Positions 45,091-55,103 of a stretch of 64,000 bases of DNA are shown piece after piece (the stretch's first letter is position 1; every line of letters begins with the position of its first letter). The notes below the pieces were generated by a model, which worked only from the letters and a program-made list of their open reading frames with translations, was not told the origin of the DNA and made no database searches. Source of the stretch: an uncultured Planctomycetota bacterium (GTDB lineage Bacteria; Planctomycetota; Planctomycetia; Isosphaerales; Isosphaeraceae); contig CAWJTV010000033.1 in NCBI GenBank assembly GCA_963845755.1, positions 192,001-256,000 on the forward strand. The letters are read 5' to 3'. The position numbers and the translations under genes were made by a program.

Positions 45091-46228
45091 ATGGCGATGT
45101 TGATGACGGGGCTGTCGGGAAACGAGATCTACTGTCTGGCGCAGAAGGGATTTGACCCCGGGAACATCGTGGTGGGCAACAGCGTCTACTCGCTCGGGTT
45201 GTTGCGGGGTATCACCAGTGGGCTCAAGACGCTCTCGGGTGGGGAGATCGGCAGCATCACCCACCTCATCGTCAACGGCCGGCACGCCGCCATCAGCCGG
45301 CTGGAGAAGGAGGCCCAGGACGAAGGGGATCGGGGGCTGACCGGCGTCGCCTCCGAACTGCGGAAGATCGGGAATCTGATGGAGTTCCTCGCGATCGGCT
45401 CCTCCGTCAAGAGCAAGGCAGCCGCCGGCTCGTTCTTCTCGACGGCCTGCTCCGGGCAGGATCTGTTCTGTCAGATCGACTCGGGCTATGAACCCCGACA
45501 CTTCGTGATCGGCAACGTCGCCTACGCGTTGGGGGTCGCGCGGGATCTCGGGCGGGCTGAAGATGTTCGCCCGGCGCGGCGAGGTCAAGGAGTTCTCGGA
45601 CATGTACAACCACACGCGCCATCTCGCCCTGGAGCGGCTGGAGGCCGAGGCGGCCGAGCGCGGTTGCAACGCGGTGGTTGACGTCATCACCCGGATCATC
45701 CCGTTCGGGCCGGGAGTCCGGGAGATGCTCATGGTCGGCACCGGCTCGTACAACCCGGCGCTGGGGCAGCCGAAGGTGCCCTATACGTCCGAGCTGACCG
45801 GTGAAGAGCTCTGGAATCTGACCCAGTTGGGCTATGCGCCGCTGCGGCTCTTGCTGGGGACGAGCGTCTACGCGCTGGGGCTTGCCGGCGGCATCTCTGC
45901 ATTCTTCCAATCGTTCGGCCGGGGCGAGATCGATGAGGTCACCCGGCTGGTCTACGACGCCCGGGAGAACTGCCTCGACCACATCCGAATCGAGGCCCAG
46001 CAATTGAAGGCCGACGCGGTCATCGGCGTCAAGCTCTTCATCAACGAGCTGGGCTCGGGACTCGTCGAGGTGATGGCCATCGGCACGGGGATCCGCAAGC
46101 ACGCCGGCGTCTCGACCCAGAGCGATCAGCTCATCCCGCAGGCCATCACCCGCGATCGCGACACGTTCTTCGACCAGGCCCCGGCCGTGCCGGGAATGCC
46201 GCAACCCCGGAACCTCGAACGAGCCTGA
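45091..46228 (+). CDS. YbjQ/UPF0145 (heavy-metal-binding-like) repeat protein (frameshift near 45545)
   Basis: Three tandem units of the form G(F/Y)xP..(V/L)G..VY.LG...GE......(R)......EA......V.......E..A.G(S/T). Confidence 0.8.
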
Positions 46229-46306
46229 CCCGATTCCCGAATCCGTCTTCATCCGGAATCCGGAATTGGGAATCGTGAATTCCTCTTGGGTTACGGCTGA
46301 AGTCGG
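46228..46306. repeat. heptamer-based hairpin repeat (copy 3)
   Basis: cccgattcccgaatcc...ggaattgggaatcgtgaattcctcttgggttacggctgaagtcgg, starting at the preceding stop codon. Confidence 0.65.
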
Positions 46307-46366
46307 ACATGCGGATTGCGTCGGACGAGCTCACCAGGGCAAACTCAAAGTTTTCGGGATTGACTG

Positions 46367-46395
46367 TTGATTGCCCGGGGTCGGGCGGATACATT
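46367..46395 (+). promoter_or_regulatory. sigma70-type promoter
   Basis: TTGATT (46367-46372), a 17-nt spacer and TACATT (46390-46395). Confidence 0.6.
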
Positions 46396-46401
46396 TGAGT
46401 T

Positions 46402-46675
46402 GTCGGTCGAGACATGACACACAGCATCGGCCGACTTTCGTGTGGGTCGCGCGAACGGCGCGACGGACTAGAGCCCGCCCCAGCTCGAGGCTGGTCTCTG
46501 GCTGGTCCGGGGAGGCTAGAACGAAAGGAGGTGATCGCGTGTGTAGTGATAACCAGGAGCGGCTCGCCTAACGGCAGCCGACGGGTTGCCCGTCGGGCAG
46601 CCGCATGCTTGACCATAACCTTACGGTTGGGATCGGCCAGGTTCGGGCCTCCGGGTTTCGAGCCTGGCCGGATCC
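46402..46675 (+). ncRNA. candidate structured small RNA containing an extended SD and a 10-codon ORF
   Basis: Begins just after the promoter with successive hairpins. GAAAGGAGGTGATC at 46523-46536, GTG...TAA at 46539-46571, and a closing long hairpin at 46630-46675. Confidence 0.45.
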
Positions 46676-46729
46676 TATGTGCTATAAGATCTTCTTGCCT
46701 TGGGTTTGCTGAACGGGAGACGGGCTCCA

Positions 46730-46846
46730 TTGGTTCGGACCTACGCGGGTGAGTACGGCCTGTTCTTTGACCGTGGCTGGTGGTGGTCCTGGGCGTTTAC
46801 CAGCTCCACGACAGGTCGCCGGGCCGAGGACGGAGTATCCCCCTGA
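46730..46846 (+). CDS. aromatic-rich attenuator leader peptide
   Basis: GGGAGA SD at 46715-46720 and TTG start give MVRTYAGEYGLFFDRGWWWSWAFTSSTTGRRAEDGVSP (4 W, 3 F, 2 Y in 38 aa), upstream of DAHP synthase. Confidence 0.8.
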   Translation: MVRTYAGEYGLFFDRGWWWSWAFTSSTTGRRAEDGVSP

Positions 46847-46877
46847 CTCCCGACTCAACTTCTTGAGCATACACACC

Positions 46878-46915
46878 AAGCCCCGGGACCTCTCGACAGG
46901 TCCCGGGGCTTTTTT
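46878..46915 (+). terminator. intrinsic terminator of the attenuator
   Basis: Perfect 14-bp stem aagccccgggacct / aggtcccggggctt, a 6-nt loop and a T-run. Confidence 0.88.
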
Positions 46916-46967
46916 GTTGGCGATTTCCGATTCTCCGGTCATGGGTGCAGACTGGCGAATGCCTTGT

Positions 46968-47025
46968 GTAGGTCGGGCTTTCCAGCCTGACGCCCGGTCC
47001 TGTCAGGCGGGAAAGCCTGACCTAC
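46968..47025. repeat. GTAG-type REP doublet
   Basis: gtaggtcgggctttccagcctgac ... gtcaggcgggaaagcctgacctac, a near-perfect inverted pair. Confidence 0.85.
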
Positions 47026-47057
47026 TCTAGATCCAACACTCGGGAGGGCGGTCAACC

Positions 47058-48071
47058 GTGATCGTGGTCATGAAAGCGGACGCAACACCGGCGCAGATCG
47101 CGCACATGGCGGATCATATCGCCTCGCTGGGTTTCAAGCCCCAGGTGATCCACGGGACGCACCAGACGGTCATCGCGGCCCTGGGTGAAGAGCGGGCCGG
47201 TCTGACCGAGGCTCTCGAACCCGGCGAGGGCGTGGAGAAGGTCTTGCCGATCATGGCGCCGTACAAGCGTGCGTCGTCCGAGCTGAAGCGCGAGCGGACG
47301 ATGGTCAAGGCGCGGGGGCTGGAGGTCGGCGGCACGCGCGTGGCGGTGATCGCCGGCCCGTGCTCAGTCGAGGATGAGGAGCAGATCGTCGCGCTGGCGC
47401 GGAAGCTCAAGAGCCTGGGCGCCACCGGGCTGCGCGGCGGTGCGTTCAAGCCGCGGACCAGTCCGTACAGCTTCCAGGGTCACAAGGAGCTGGGGCTGAA
47501 GATGCTCGCCACGGCGCGGGCCGAGACCGGGCTGGCCATCGTCACGGAGGTCATGGCACCCGAGCATGTCCCGATGGTCGCGGAATATGCCGACGTCCTC
47601 CAGATCGGCGCACGCAACATGCAGAACTATCAGTTACTTCAAGCGGTCGGCGACTCGGGAAAACCCACCATGCTGAAGCGCGGGATGAGTGCCACGGTAG
47701 ACGAGTTCCTCCTGGCCGCCGAGTACATCCTCGACCGCGGCAACCCGCACGTGATGCTCTGCGAGCGCGGCATCCGCACGTATGAGGACCACACCCGATT
47801 CACGCTCCCGCTGGCGACGGTCCCCTACCTGCACGACAAGAGTCACCTGCCCGTGGTAGTCAACCCCTCGCATGGCACCGGCAAGGCGAAACTCGTCGCA
47901 CCGATGGCCAAGGCCGCGGTCGCCGCCGGGGCCGACGCGTTGATGGTCGAAGTCCACGACGACCCCGAGCACGCTGCTAGCGACGGCGCCCAGACCATCA
48001 CGCCGGCCGCGTTCAAGCAAATGGTCAACCAGTGCCGCCGAATCGCCGAGGCCGTCGATCGGACGATGTGA
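47058..48071 (+). CDS. aroF: 3-deoxy-7-phosphoheptulonate (DAHP) synthase, class I-beta with N-terminal regulatory domain
   Basis: [47 protein letters not shown] and SDG. Confidence 0.96.
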   Translation: MIVVMKADATPAQIAHMADHIASLGFKPQVIHGTHQTVIAALGEERAGLTEALEPGEGVEKVLPIMAPYKRASSELKRERTMVKARGLEVGGTRVAVIAGPCSVEDEEQIVALARKLKSLGATGLRGGAFKPRTSPYSFQGHKELGLKMLATARAETGLAIVTEVMAPEHVPMVAEYADVLQIGARNMQNYQLLQAVGDSGKPTMLKRGMSATVDEFLLAAEYILDRGNPHVMLCERGIRTYEDHTRFTLPLATVPYLHDKSHLPVVVNPSHGTGKAKLVAPMAKAAVAAGADALMVEVHDDPEHAASDGAQTITPAAFKQMVNQCRRIAEAVDRTM

Positions 48072-48153
48072 TTCGCCAAGGTCGTTCGATTTGGGGTGGA
48101 ATGCAGGAAACGCAAAAGCCCGCGACCGACCGTCACGAAGCCAGGAAACGATC

Positions 48154-48399
48154 ATGCCGTTGGTGATTCCTGATGAGGCGCTGCGAGAGGCGGGCCTCAG
48201 CGAACGGGATGCGCTGGTGGAGTTCGACTGCCGGATATTTGCGGCCGAGAAGCTCACGCTCTGGTCGGCTTCGAAGCTCGCGGGGTTGAGCCGGGTCTCG
48301 TTTGAACAGGAGCTTTTCTCCCGCGGGATTCCCCTCTATCGGCCGGATCCCCACGATCTGGCCGAGGATCTCGCCGCGATGGATCAAGTGGGAGCCTGA
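48154..48399 (+). CDS. UPF0175-family antitoxin
   Basis: MPLVIPDE...KLTLWSASKLAGLSRVSFEQELFSRGIP...DLAEDL, directly upstream of a DUF3368-like gene. Confidence 0.82.
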   Translation: MPLVIPDEALREAGLSERDALVEFDCRIFAAEKLTLWSASKLAGLSRVSFEQELFSRGIPLYRPDPHDLAEDLAAMDQVGA

Positions 48400-48401
48400 T
48401 C

Positions 48402-48890
48402 GTGGCTGTCGTCGTCAGCGACACCTCTCCGATTCGGGCGTTGGCGCATCGGGACCTGCTTGCGCTGCTCCCGGGGTTTTTTTCGCAAGTGCTGGTGCCT
48501 CCGGTTGTGGATGACGAGCTGAAGACGCCACCGGCAGGGCTGCCCCGTGTCGATGTCAGGGATCTTCGCTTCGTGACCATCCAGGCGCCACGCGATCGGG
48601 CGAAAGTAAAGGTGCTTCTTCGGGATCTTGATCCTGGCGAATCAGAAGCCCTGGCACTGGCCGTGGAGGTCGGTGTTTCGGCGGTCCTCATCGATGAGAG
48701 TGCCGGTCGGAGAATGGCGAGGCAACTCGGGCTGCTTCCGATCGGGGTTCTTGGTGTTCTGATCCGGGCCAAACCGCGCGGGCTGGTACCCGAGGTCGTT
48801 CCTCTCCTCGACCGTCTGAGAAGCGAGCTGGGCTTCTTCATCTCCGATCAGTTGCGGGCCGAAGTACAGCGCCTCGCCGGTGGGCCTTGA
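48402..48890 (+). CDS. DUF3368 PIN-domain protein (toxin)
   Basis: VVSDTSPI, VPPVVDDEL, LDPGESEALALA, LIDE..GR, G.LGVL..AK and GFFIS. Confidence 0.85.
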   Translation: MAVVVSDTSPIRALAHRDLLALLPGFFSQVLVPPVVDDELKTPPAGLPRVDVRDLRFVTIQAPRDRAKVKVLLRDLDPGESEALALAVEVGVSAVLIDESAGRRMARQLGLLPIGVLGVLIRAKPRGLVPEVVPLLDRLRSELGFFISDQLRAEVQRLAGGP

Positions 48891-48955
48891 TCCGGATCGG
48901 CCTCTCGACTTTTCCGCTCATAACCAAGATTCGGCGCGGGACAGGGACCGAATGG

Positions 48956-51861
48956 TCATTTCTTGGAGAGAATGCGGTCGATTCGGTCGGGGATCTCCAG
49001 GCTCCTGGCGGTGAGTCCGATTTTCAGCTCCTCGGCATAATCGTAGTTGATCTGACAGGCATCCGGAGCGTCCCAGAGGATGTACCGCTCCTTGTTCTGG
49101 AAGTCAACGTAGACGATCGCCATGCTCGCGTTCTGGTACATCCAGACGGCGATCGCCGTTCGCGAGGAGGAGTTCCTGGTGAGGGCCGAAGGGGTGAAGA
49201 TCTCGATCTCCTTTCCCCGTTGCTGCATACCCTTCAAGACCGCCCGAACGGCCGATCCCGCCCGAATGGCGGACCGGCCCCGGCCCGTGGGGATGACCGC
49301 GAGTTCGTACGGCCCGACGGGCAGCGTCCGGTGAGACACGCGGAGTTGCGTGGCGTTGCCCTGCGCATCAATGGCCTCTTCCCACAGTTTGCGGAGGAGG
49401 TTCTGGTCGAACAGGAACGGGTCGGCCGGCGAGAGAGGGACGATCACCTTGACCCGCGGGGCATCGTCGTCGTCGGACACCTCGTCGTGAGGGATCACGC
49501 CTCCGACGTAAAACGGACGCCGCACGGGAGTCGCTGGGATCTCGGAGGAGCTCGTCTCATCCGCGTCGATCTGAGGGTCGTCCACGAACGTGGAGAGGTC
49601 CGCGTCGAGCTGCTCGGCGACTTCCAGCGGGATGGCGACGATCATCATCCGGTCGAGCCGGACGCCCGCCACGGGGACACGGAGCAGCTTGCCGACCAGA
49701 TAGTCCCAAAAGGCCTCGGGCCCGGATCGAAATGTGCGCTGCCAATGGGCATGCTCGATCAAGGGGTAGACGACCTCGGGCCAGAGGTCGACGCTGACCG
49801 TATCTCGGTGGTTGGATCCGGTGGAATAACGGAGGACCGCCTGGCGGAACTCATCCTCCTGGCGCCAGATATCCGCGACGCGATTCCAGAGGGAGACGCG
49901 GTGGGCGTCCATCGCGTCGTGAGGCGGGGCGATGAGCGTCAGATCGCTGAGAGTTCGGGGCATCAGGCCGGGGTTGAGCACGCCGTTGGAGTCGAGCATC
50001 GACTTGCGGGCGTAGACGCTGGCCTCCTTGAGCCGCTTGCGGACCTTGCGGAACCATTTGTTCTTGGCGGGGCCATCGCGGCTGGCCAGGTACTTGACCA
50101 CCATCACGGGAGTGAGCGCGGCGCGAACGTCGGGGCGCGCATCCAGCAGCACGCTGGCGCGCTGGACCGACTCGTCGGTCGGCCCAACGCACCCCAGCCA
50201 GGTCATCGCCAGCATGAGCCGCGCGCGGTCCGCGTTCCGAGCGTCGAGCGGTCGTCTGAGGAGAATCCCCTCCCGCCGCGCGCCGCCGAGGAGGAACGCC
50301 AGGTAATGACCGCAGAGATAGCGCTCTTCGGCGGAGAGGACGACCGGCATGGCCAGCGTCTCCGCGAGCATCTGCCTGGCGACCGGGTGGTCGCACGACC
50401 CCTGGGCGCCGGGGTGGTCGGTCCTGGACGCCCTGGGGGAATCCTGGGGAGCGGACGGCGGAGACCCCGCGGTCTCCGAGCGCACCCGATGCGCCGCGGG
50501 AGGGGCCTCCGTCAGTGACGACATGACGAGTCCAGGGTCCGCTCCTCCTGTCCCGTTCGCCGGGGCACCCTCAGCGTTCTTCGGGCCGCCCACGGTCCGC
50601 GTGCGCGACGGTGGCGGGGCGACCAGGAGTCGTGGATCTGATCGCGGAAGTCCGGGGTTGATTCGCTGAAGCCGCTGCGCCGCCCGGCTTCCTCGAAGAG
50701 CTCGAGGGCCACCACGTTGCCCGATGCGGGCCGCTGGATCGGATTCTTCGCCAGGAGCGAGAGGATCAGGTTCTCGAGCGTTGACCAGATCTCGGGGTTC
50801 TTGAACCGGGGAGGCGTCGGCGCGGCGTTCCTGTGCTGCCCCATCACCGAGAGCGCATCGCCGGCGAAAGGAACCTCGCCCGTCACGCATTCGTAGAGCA
50901 TCACACCCACGGAATACAGGTCGGTGCGATGGTCGAGCGATAGGCCCTGGGCCTGCTCCGGGCTCATGTAAAGCGGGGTGCCCTGGATCGTCCCGATCGG
51001 GTCCATTTGGTCGCCGGTAACCCGCGACAGACCGAAATCGGAGAGCTTCGCCTCGTCGCCCGGTGTAAGCAAAACGTTGCTCGGTTTGACGTCGCGGTGG
51101 ATTACCCCCTGGATGTGTGCGTAGTGGAGGGCCTCGGCCACCTGTCCGCAGATCCGCAACCGATCATCCAGGGGCAGGTCCCGCCAACGATTCGCGAGGC
51201 TCGGCCCGTTCACCTCCTCCATGACGAGGAAGTAATTCCCCTCCGACTCACCGTAGTCGTACAACCGCACGATCCGGTCATGAACCAACCTGGCGAGAAT
51301 CTGGGCCTCGAGGCGGAGCTTCTTGGCTTCCTCCTCGCTGCGGGCGTCCTTCAAGAATTTGATGGCCACGTTCCGCCCGAGCAACTGATCGGTCGCCCGG
51401 TAGACGGTGCCCATGCCGCCCTGGCCGAGTTCCGCGTCCAGGGTGAACCGCTCATTGAGCCTCGCGCCGACGCCGATCACCCGACCGGCCTCTCGAGAGG
51501 CAGGAAGCCGGCAACCGTTTCGATAGACACTGGCTCCGTCGCCGGTTCGGGATGGGGGTGCTGTCTCAACGGGTGTACGAGAAGTCTCGGGTCGGCGGCG
51601 GATCACCCCCTCATCCGCCCTTCGGGCACCTTCTCCCCGGGGGGGAGGAGAGGATGGATCCGTCCCCCTCGCCCCTGGGGGAGAGGGTTGGGGTGAGGGG
51701 GTCGAGGCGGCGACCTTCTCGTAGACCTTCTCAGAAAAATCGGCCGGAGCCGGGTTCCGTCCCCTCGATCCCTCGCGGACCAGACAGGCCGGACACTGAG
51801 CCTTGGGGGCGTTTGCAAGGATCGGCCCCCCGCAGTTCGGACATCGTTCGCGTACCGCCAT
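48956..51861 (-). CDS. Ser/Thr protein kinase with N-terminal Zn-ribbon and large unknown C-terminal domain (frameshift near 50685)
   Basis: CPNC...CPAC, LGQGGMGTV, VAIK, HRDVKPSN, DFG and GTPLYMSPE. Continues in ORF 48956..50890. Confidence 0.85.
51606..51701. repeat. palindromic repeat pair inserted in-frame in the kinase gene
   Basis: ccccctcatccgcccttcgggcaccttctcccc...gggagagggttggggtgaggggg, 96 bp. Confidence 0.75.
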
Positions 51862-52440
51862 CAGCAGCCTCCCCCACGGCTCGGGGTCGCTTCCATCACT
51901 GATTCAGACGCGAGCCGGTCGGAAAACTTGCAGGCTCGGTGACCCGATTCTCCGCTAACTCGACCGCCATGACTGACGCATCGGTTCTGCCGCCTGTTCG
52001 GGTGACACTGGCAACGGAGTGCGTGCGATTCTGCTCTCCGCCCATTGCCCCGGCACATCACCGTCAGTCAAAATGGTTGCATCAACGCGCGTATTCGATC
52101 GAGATTCCTGTGGTCCTCAACATAATTACGAAGACTCTATACACGACGCGGCGAACAACGCCAGTCGTGAACTGGCGATCTGGAACTCAAGGGGCGATCG
52201 GAGTTCCCATGGCCACCGCGTTCACCGGGCGCGACACGAGAGACTTGCCTGCCCGCAACGCGACAGACGCGCGGAGTGGGTAGGGGATGGGCTCGGCCAA
52301 GCGAGGCTGGGGCTTTGAAAAGCGATCGGTCGCTCGATCACTTTCTGGCACAGTCATGGTAAAGGTTTTCCTGTAGCCGTTTTGCGCCCATTCGTCGTTC
52401 ATTGGCGGATCCGAGCTTTACACTTCCATTCCCCTCATGG

Positions 52441-52611
52441 GTATGCGAGAATCCCGCCGGATCTCCTCAGTTAAGAAATGTGAAACAGAAACTGAGCCGC
52501 TTCTCCAACAGCGCCGTTGGGGGACGAACGATGCACACCGCAGGGGCGGGGCGACGTGACGCCAAGCTCAATGAGGACCGTGCCGGTTGCCGGGACCCCA
52601 AGGATCGACTG
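52441..52611 (+). pseudogene. diverged duplicate of the ECF upstream region and first ~27 codons
   Basis: Aligns with 55608-55772 (gtatgcga..aatcccg..ggatc..ctcagt..aatgtgaaa..gccgttgggggacgaac.ATG..ctcaatgaggacc..ggatcgactg), then breaks off. Confidence 0.8.
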
Positions 52612-53094
52612 AACCTTGCGGGAGCAAAAAGGGACGGGGCGAATTGTTGAGTTGGAGGCCGGGAATTCGTTCGGTCCCCGTCCCTGTTTCGGCCGCCGTG
52701 AAAAGGCCCGCGCGATCGTTTATTCTGGAACACTGGGGCGAAGGAACGGGCGTGTCAGCCGTCGCCAGGGCCATCGAGGACAAGGGGAGGGCAAAGGGAT
52801 CGCAGCGTTTGCACGGACCGAGTCGGGGGAGCCGGGGACCCTGTTTTCCCCATCAGAGGCAGAGCGTTATTACAGTCCCCTCGGCGCCTGGAAAGGTCCC
52901 CTGCCAGCACGCGACGTCGAGGACGAGTCGCTCCACTTCTGGCGGTCGAGCGGCGACGAGGGCGTCCGGTGGCTCATCCATCGTCTGGGGGACGAATTCC
53001 ACCTTGAGACGCTCCACGGGGTCGCCTCCCTGCTGGCCGATCTCGGCGAGATCATCCTCGCTCCGGTCTTCCCCCCCCTTTTCGCCCCCCCGTC

Positions 53095-53423
53095 GAGTCC
53101 GTTCTTGAAGAAGCCGCCGCCGGATGTCGGCAAGGGCAACTCGGTGATGACCCCCGACAAGGTGATTTGACCGATCGCGTTATTCAACGTGTCGGTGAAG
53201 TAGACGTTGCCGTCAGGCCCGCCGGTAATCCCGAACAGGCCGTTTCCTATGGCCGGGCTTCCGGCCGGGATCGGGTATTCCGTGATGCTGGCCAAGACGC
53301 CCGTCATTCCAGACTCTCAAAACGCAGTTTCGCCTCGCGACGGCCCGCCGTTGATGGTGCGATCCCACGAGCCTTCCCGCGTGTCCACTCCACTCGAAGA
53401 TAGCGAATGAACGTTCCACGCAT
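53095..53423 (-). pseudogene. truncated LExR-motif Vgb-like beta-propeller protein
   Basis: ATG 53423 ...AKLRFESLE*R (stop inside the motif), then ITEYPIP...GITGGPDGNVYFTD...IGQIT..GVITELPLP, cut off near 53095. Confidence 0.7.
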
Positions 53424-53499
53424 GATGAGGTGCCCCATCAAGAGTCGATGTGGGCCAACTTATGGGACCAGGGTGCGAGGGGACGCTCGCAAGGGAGAA

Positions 53500-54171
53500 T
53501 CATGAGGCTTTGCAGTAGCGATGCCGGGCGACGAGACCGCATACCACGGCCGATAAGCTGCCCAACAGCAACGACGATGGCTCCGGGACAGAACTGCCCT
53601 GGAACGAGAGGTCATCGATGGCGAAGTCGTTACCCGCAACCAAAGGCTGAGGGTTAACATCGGAGATCGTGAGGGTCAGGGTCGTCTCGGACCCCGTGGT
53701 CAGGCTCCGCGTGAACTCTTGCCACTGGCCGGGCTTCGTCGCATCGATAGGAAAGTCAGCGCCAGTAGCCACCCCGTTAGCCGAGAGTTGCAAGATGGCG
53801 GGATTGGCAGTGTCGGCAGCGGTCGCCCAGCCAACAAAGATGTAGTTGGTATGGGAAGCGACGGTAATCGTTTCCGACCAGAACGGATTCTGGCCGCCGG
53901 CTCCGTCTCCGAACATCATCAGTCCCGAGCCAGTCGTATGGTCGCCGAAGGACTCATACCCATTGGTAAAGGCCGTGGCGGGATTGGTGACGACTCCGTA
54001 ATCGCCAGGTCCTGTGAATGTTCCGTTAGGAACATGGGTGTAGCCGGACGTGAAGCCGGTGTTGCCGGCGCTGAAATCCCCGTTGACAATCAGATTGCCT
54101 CCACGAGCATTCGTCGTGACGAATCCGCTGATGATAACCCACATCAGACCTTTGAAAAGCGACATTTTCAT
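53500..54171 (-). CDS. PEP-CTERM sorting domain protein
   Basis: Signal peptide, NLIVNGDFSAGNTGF...GNDFAIDD, and VPEPSS + TM helix + basic tail. Confidence 0.9.
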   Translation of the reverse strand: MKMSLFKGLMWVIISGFVTTNARGGNLIVNGDFSAGNTGFTSGYTHVPNGTFTGPGDYGVVTNPATAFTNGYESFGDHTTGSGLMMFGDGAGGQNPFWSETITVASHTNYIFVGWATAADTANPAILQLSANGVATGADFPIDATKPGQWQEFTRSLTTGSETTLTLTISDVNPQPLVAGNDFAIDDLSFQGSSVPEPSSLLLGSLSAVVCGLVARHRYCKAS

Positions 54172-54252
54172 CGTAACCTCACTTTCCTCCGAAGAACGAG
54201 ACGCCAGGCTGGAGTCTCAGTGTCTGTTCCATCAGGATCGGAAGTCGATCCC

Positions 54253-54315
54253 GGAGGGTGGGTGAAACCCCACCGAATGGCGATGACTGACGTCGCTGGG
54301 TTTCACCCAGGCTAC
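54253..54315. repeat. degenerate REP doublet
   Basis: gggtgggtgaaaccc ... gggtttcacccaggctac. Confidence 0.55.
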
Positions 54316-54394
54316 GACGGTCAAACCGGCTTCAGGAACCGACTTTCACAGCCGACTCACCCCGCCCGAGACGCGCACCCGAAACGGTCGAAAG

Positions 54395-55103
54395 TCAAAG
54401 CCGGGCACCGTCCCCTCTCGGGCAGGGCTTTCGTCGTCGCCAGCCCCAGTAGCCGAGGCCACAGGCGGCAGCAATGCCGAAGCAGGATCAGGCTGGCGGG
54501 TTCGGGGACGGCGTTTGCCGTGAAGCTGATCGGATTCAACGCAAACCCATCCGTTACCCCGTTGCCTTCCACGTAGAATTCGATCACGTTCAGTCCCGGG
54601 ACGAAGCCGCTGGAAAGGTCCACCGTGGGACCAAAGCTATAGGTATCCCCTCCGGGCCACGTACCGGTTATCAGGGGGCCGCCATTCAGGCTGTATTTTG
54701 GCACCCAGGTCCCACGGTCGGCGAAACCTTGACCGGAATCGTCCGCGGCCCACTGGAACTGCAGATCCGCGGTGTTCGGATCGTAGCCCGTCAGGTCGAA
54801 GGTCTGGCGGAACACGAAGAAGGTCCAGTCTCCAACAGGCCCGTTCGTTCCGGTCGAATTGTTGGCAATCCATCCCGTCGTCCCGGTAAACCTCCCCGTG
54901 ACCGCGGTGGCCGTGACGAAGCCCGTGGTCGGAAACGACGAGAACGAACCGTCCGTACCGCCCACGTTGACGGCGACCTGCCACTGCGACGCATTGGAAG
55001 TCGAGTAAAACGTGGGCCCACAATACCCTTCCGTGGTGCCCAAGGTGAGACAGACGGCCACGGCGCTGATCACCTGCAACCTGCTCAGAGTCGAACGCTT
55101 CAT
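54395..55103 (-). CDS. PEP-CTERM sorting domain protein (frameshift near 54478)
   Basis: MKRSTL signal peptide and VPEPASLILL. The shifted frame gives GIAAACGLGYWGWRRRK, ending at 54395. Confidence 0.85.

Noticed and set aside
46335..46380. GGGCAAAC as the start of a c-di-GMP-I riboswitch
   Set aside because: Lacks the GAAA-tetraloop stem and the downstream GACGCAAAGC element. The region is better explained as a promoter.
46523..46571. 16S rRNA fragment or tmRNA tag
   Set aside because: The match to the rRNA end stops after 14 nt. There is no tRNA-like domain or tmRNA terminus, and the ORF has its own start codon.
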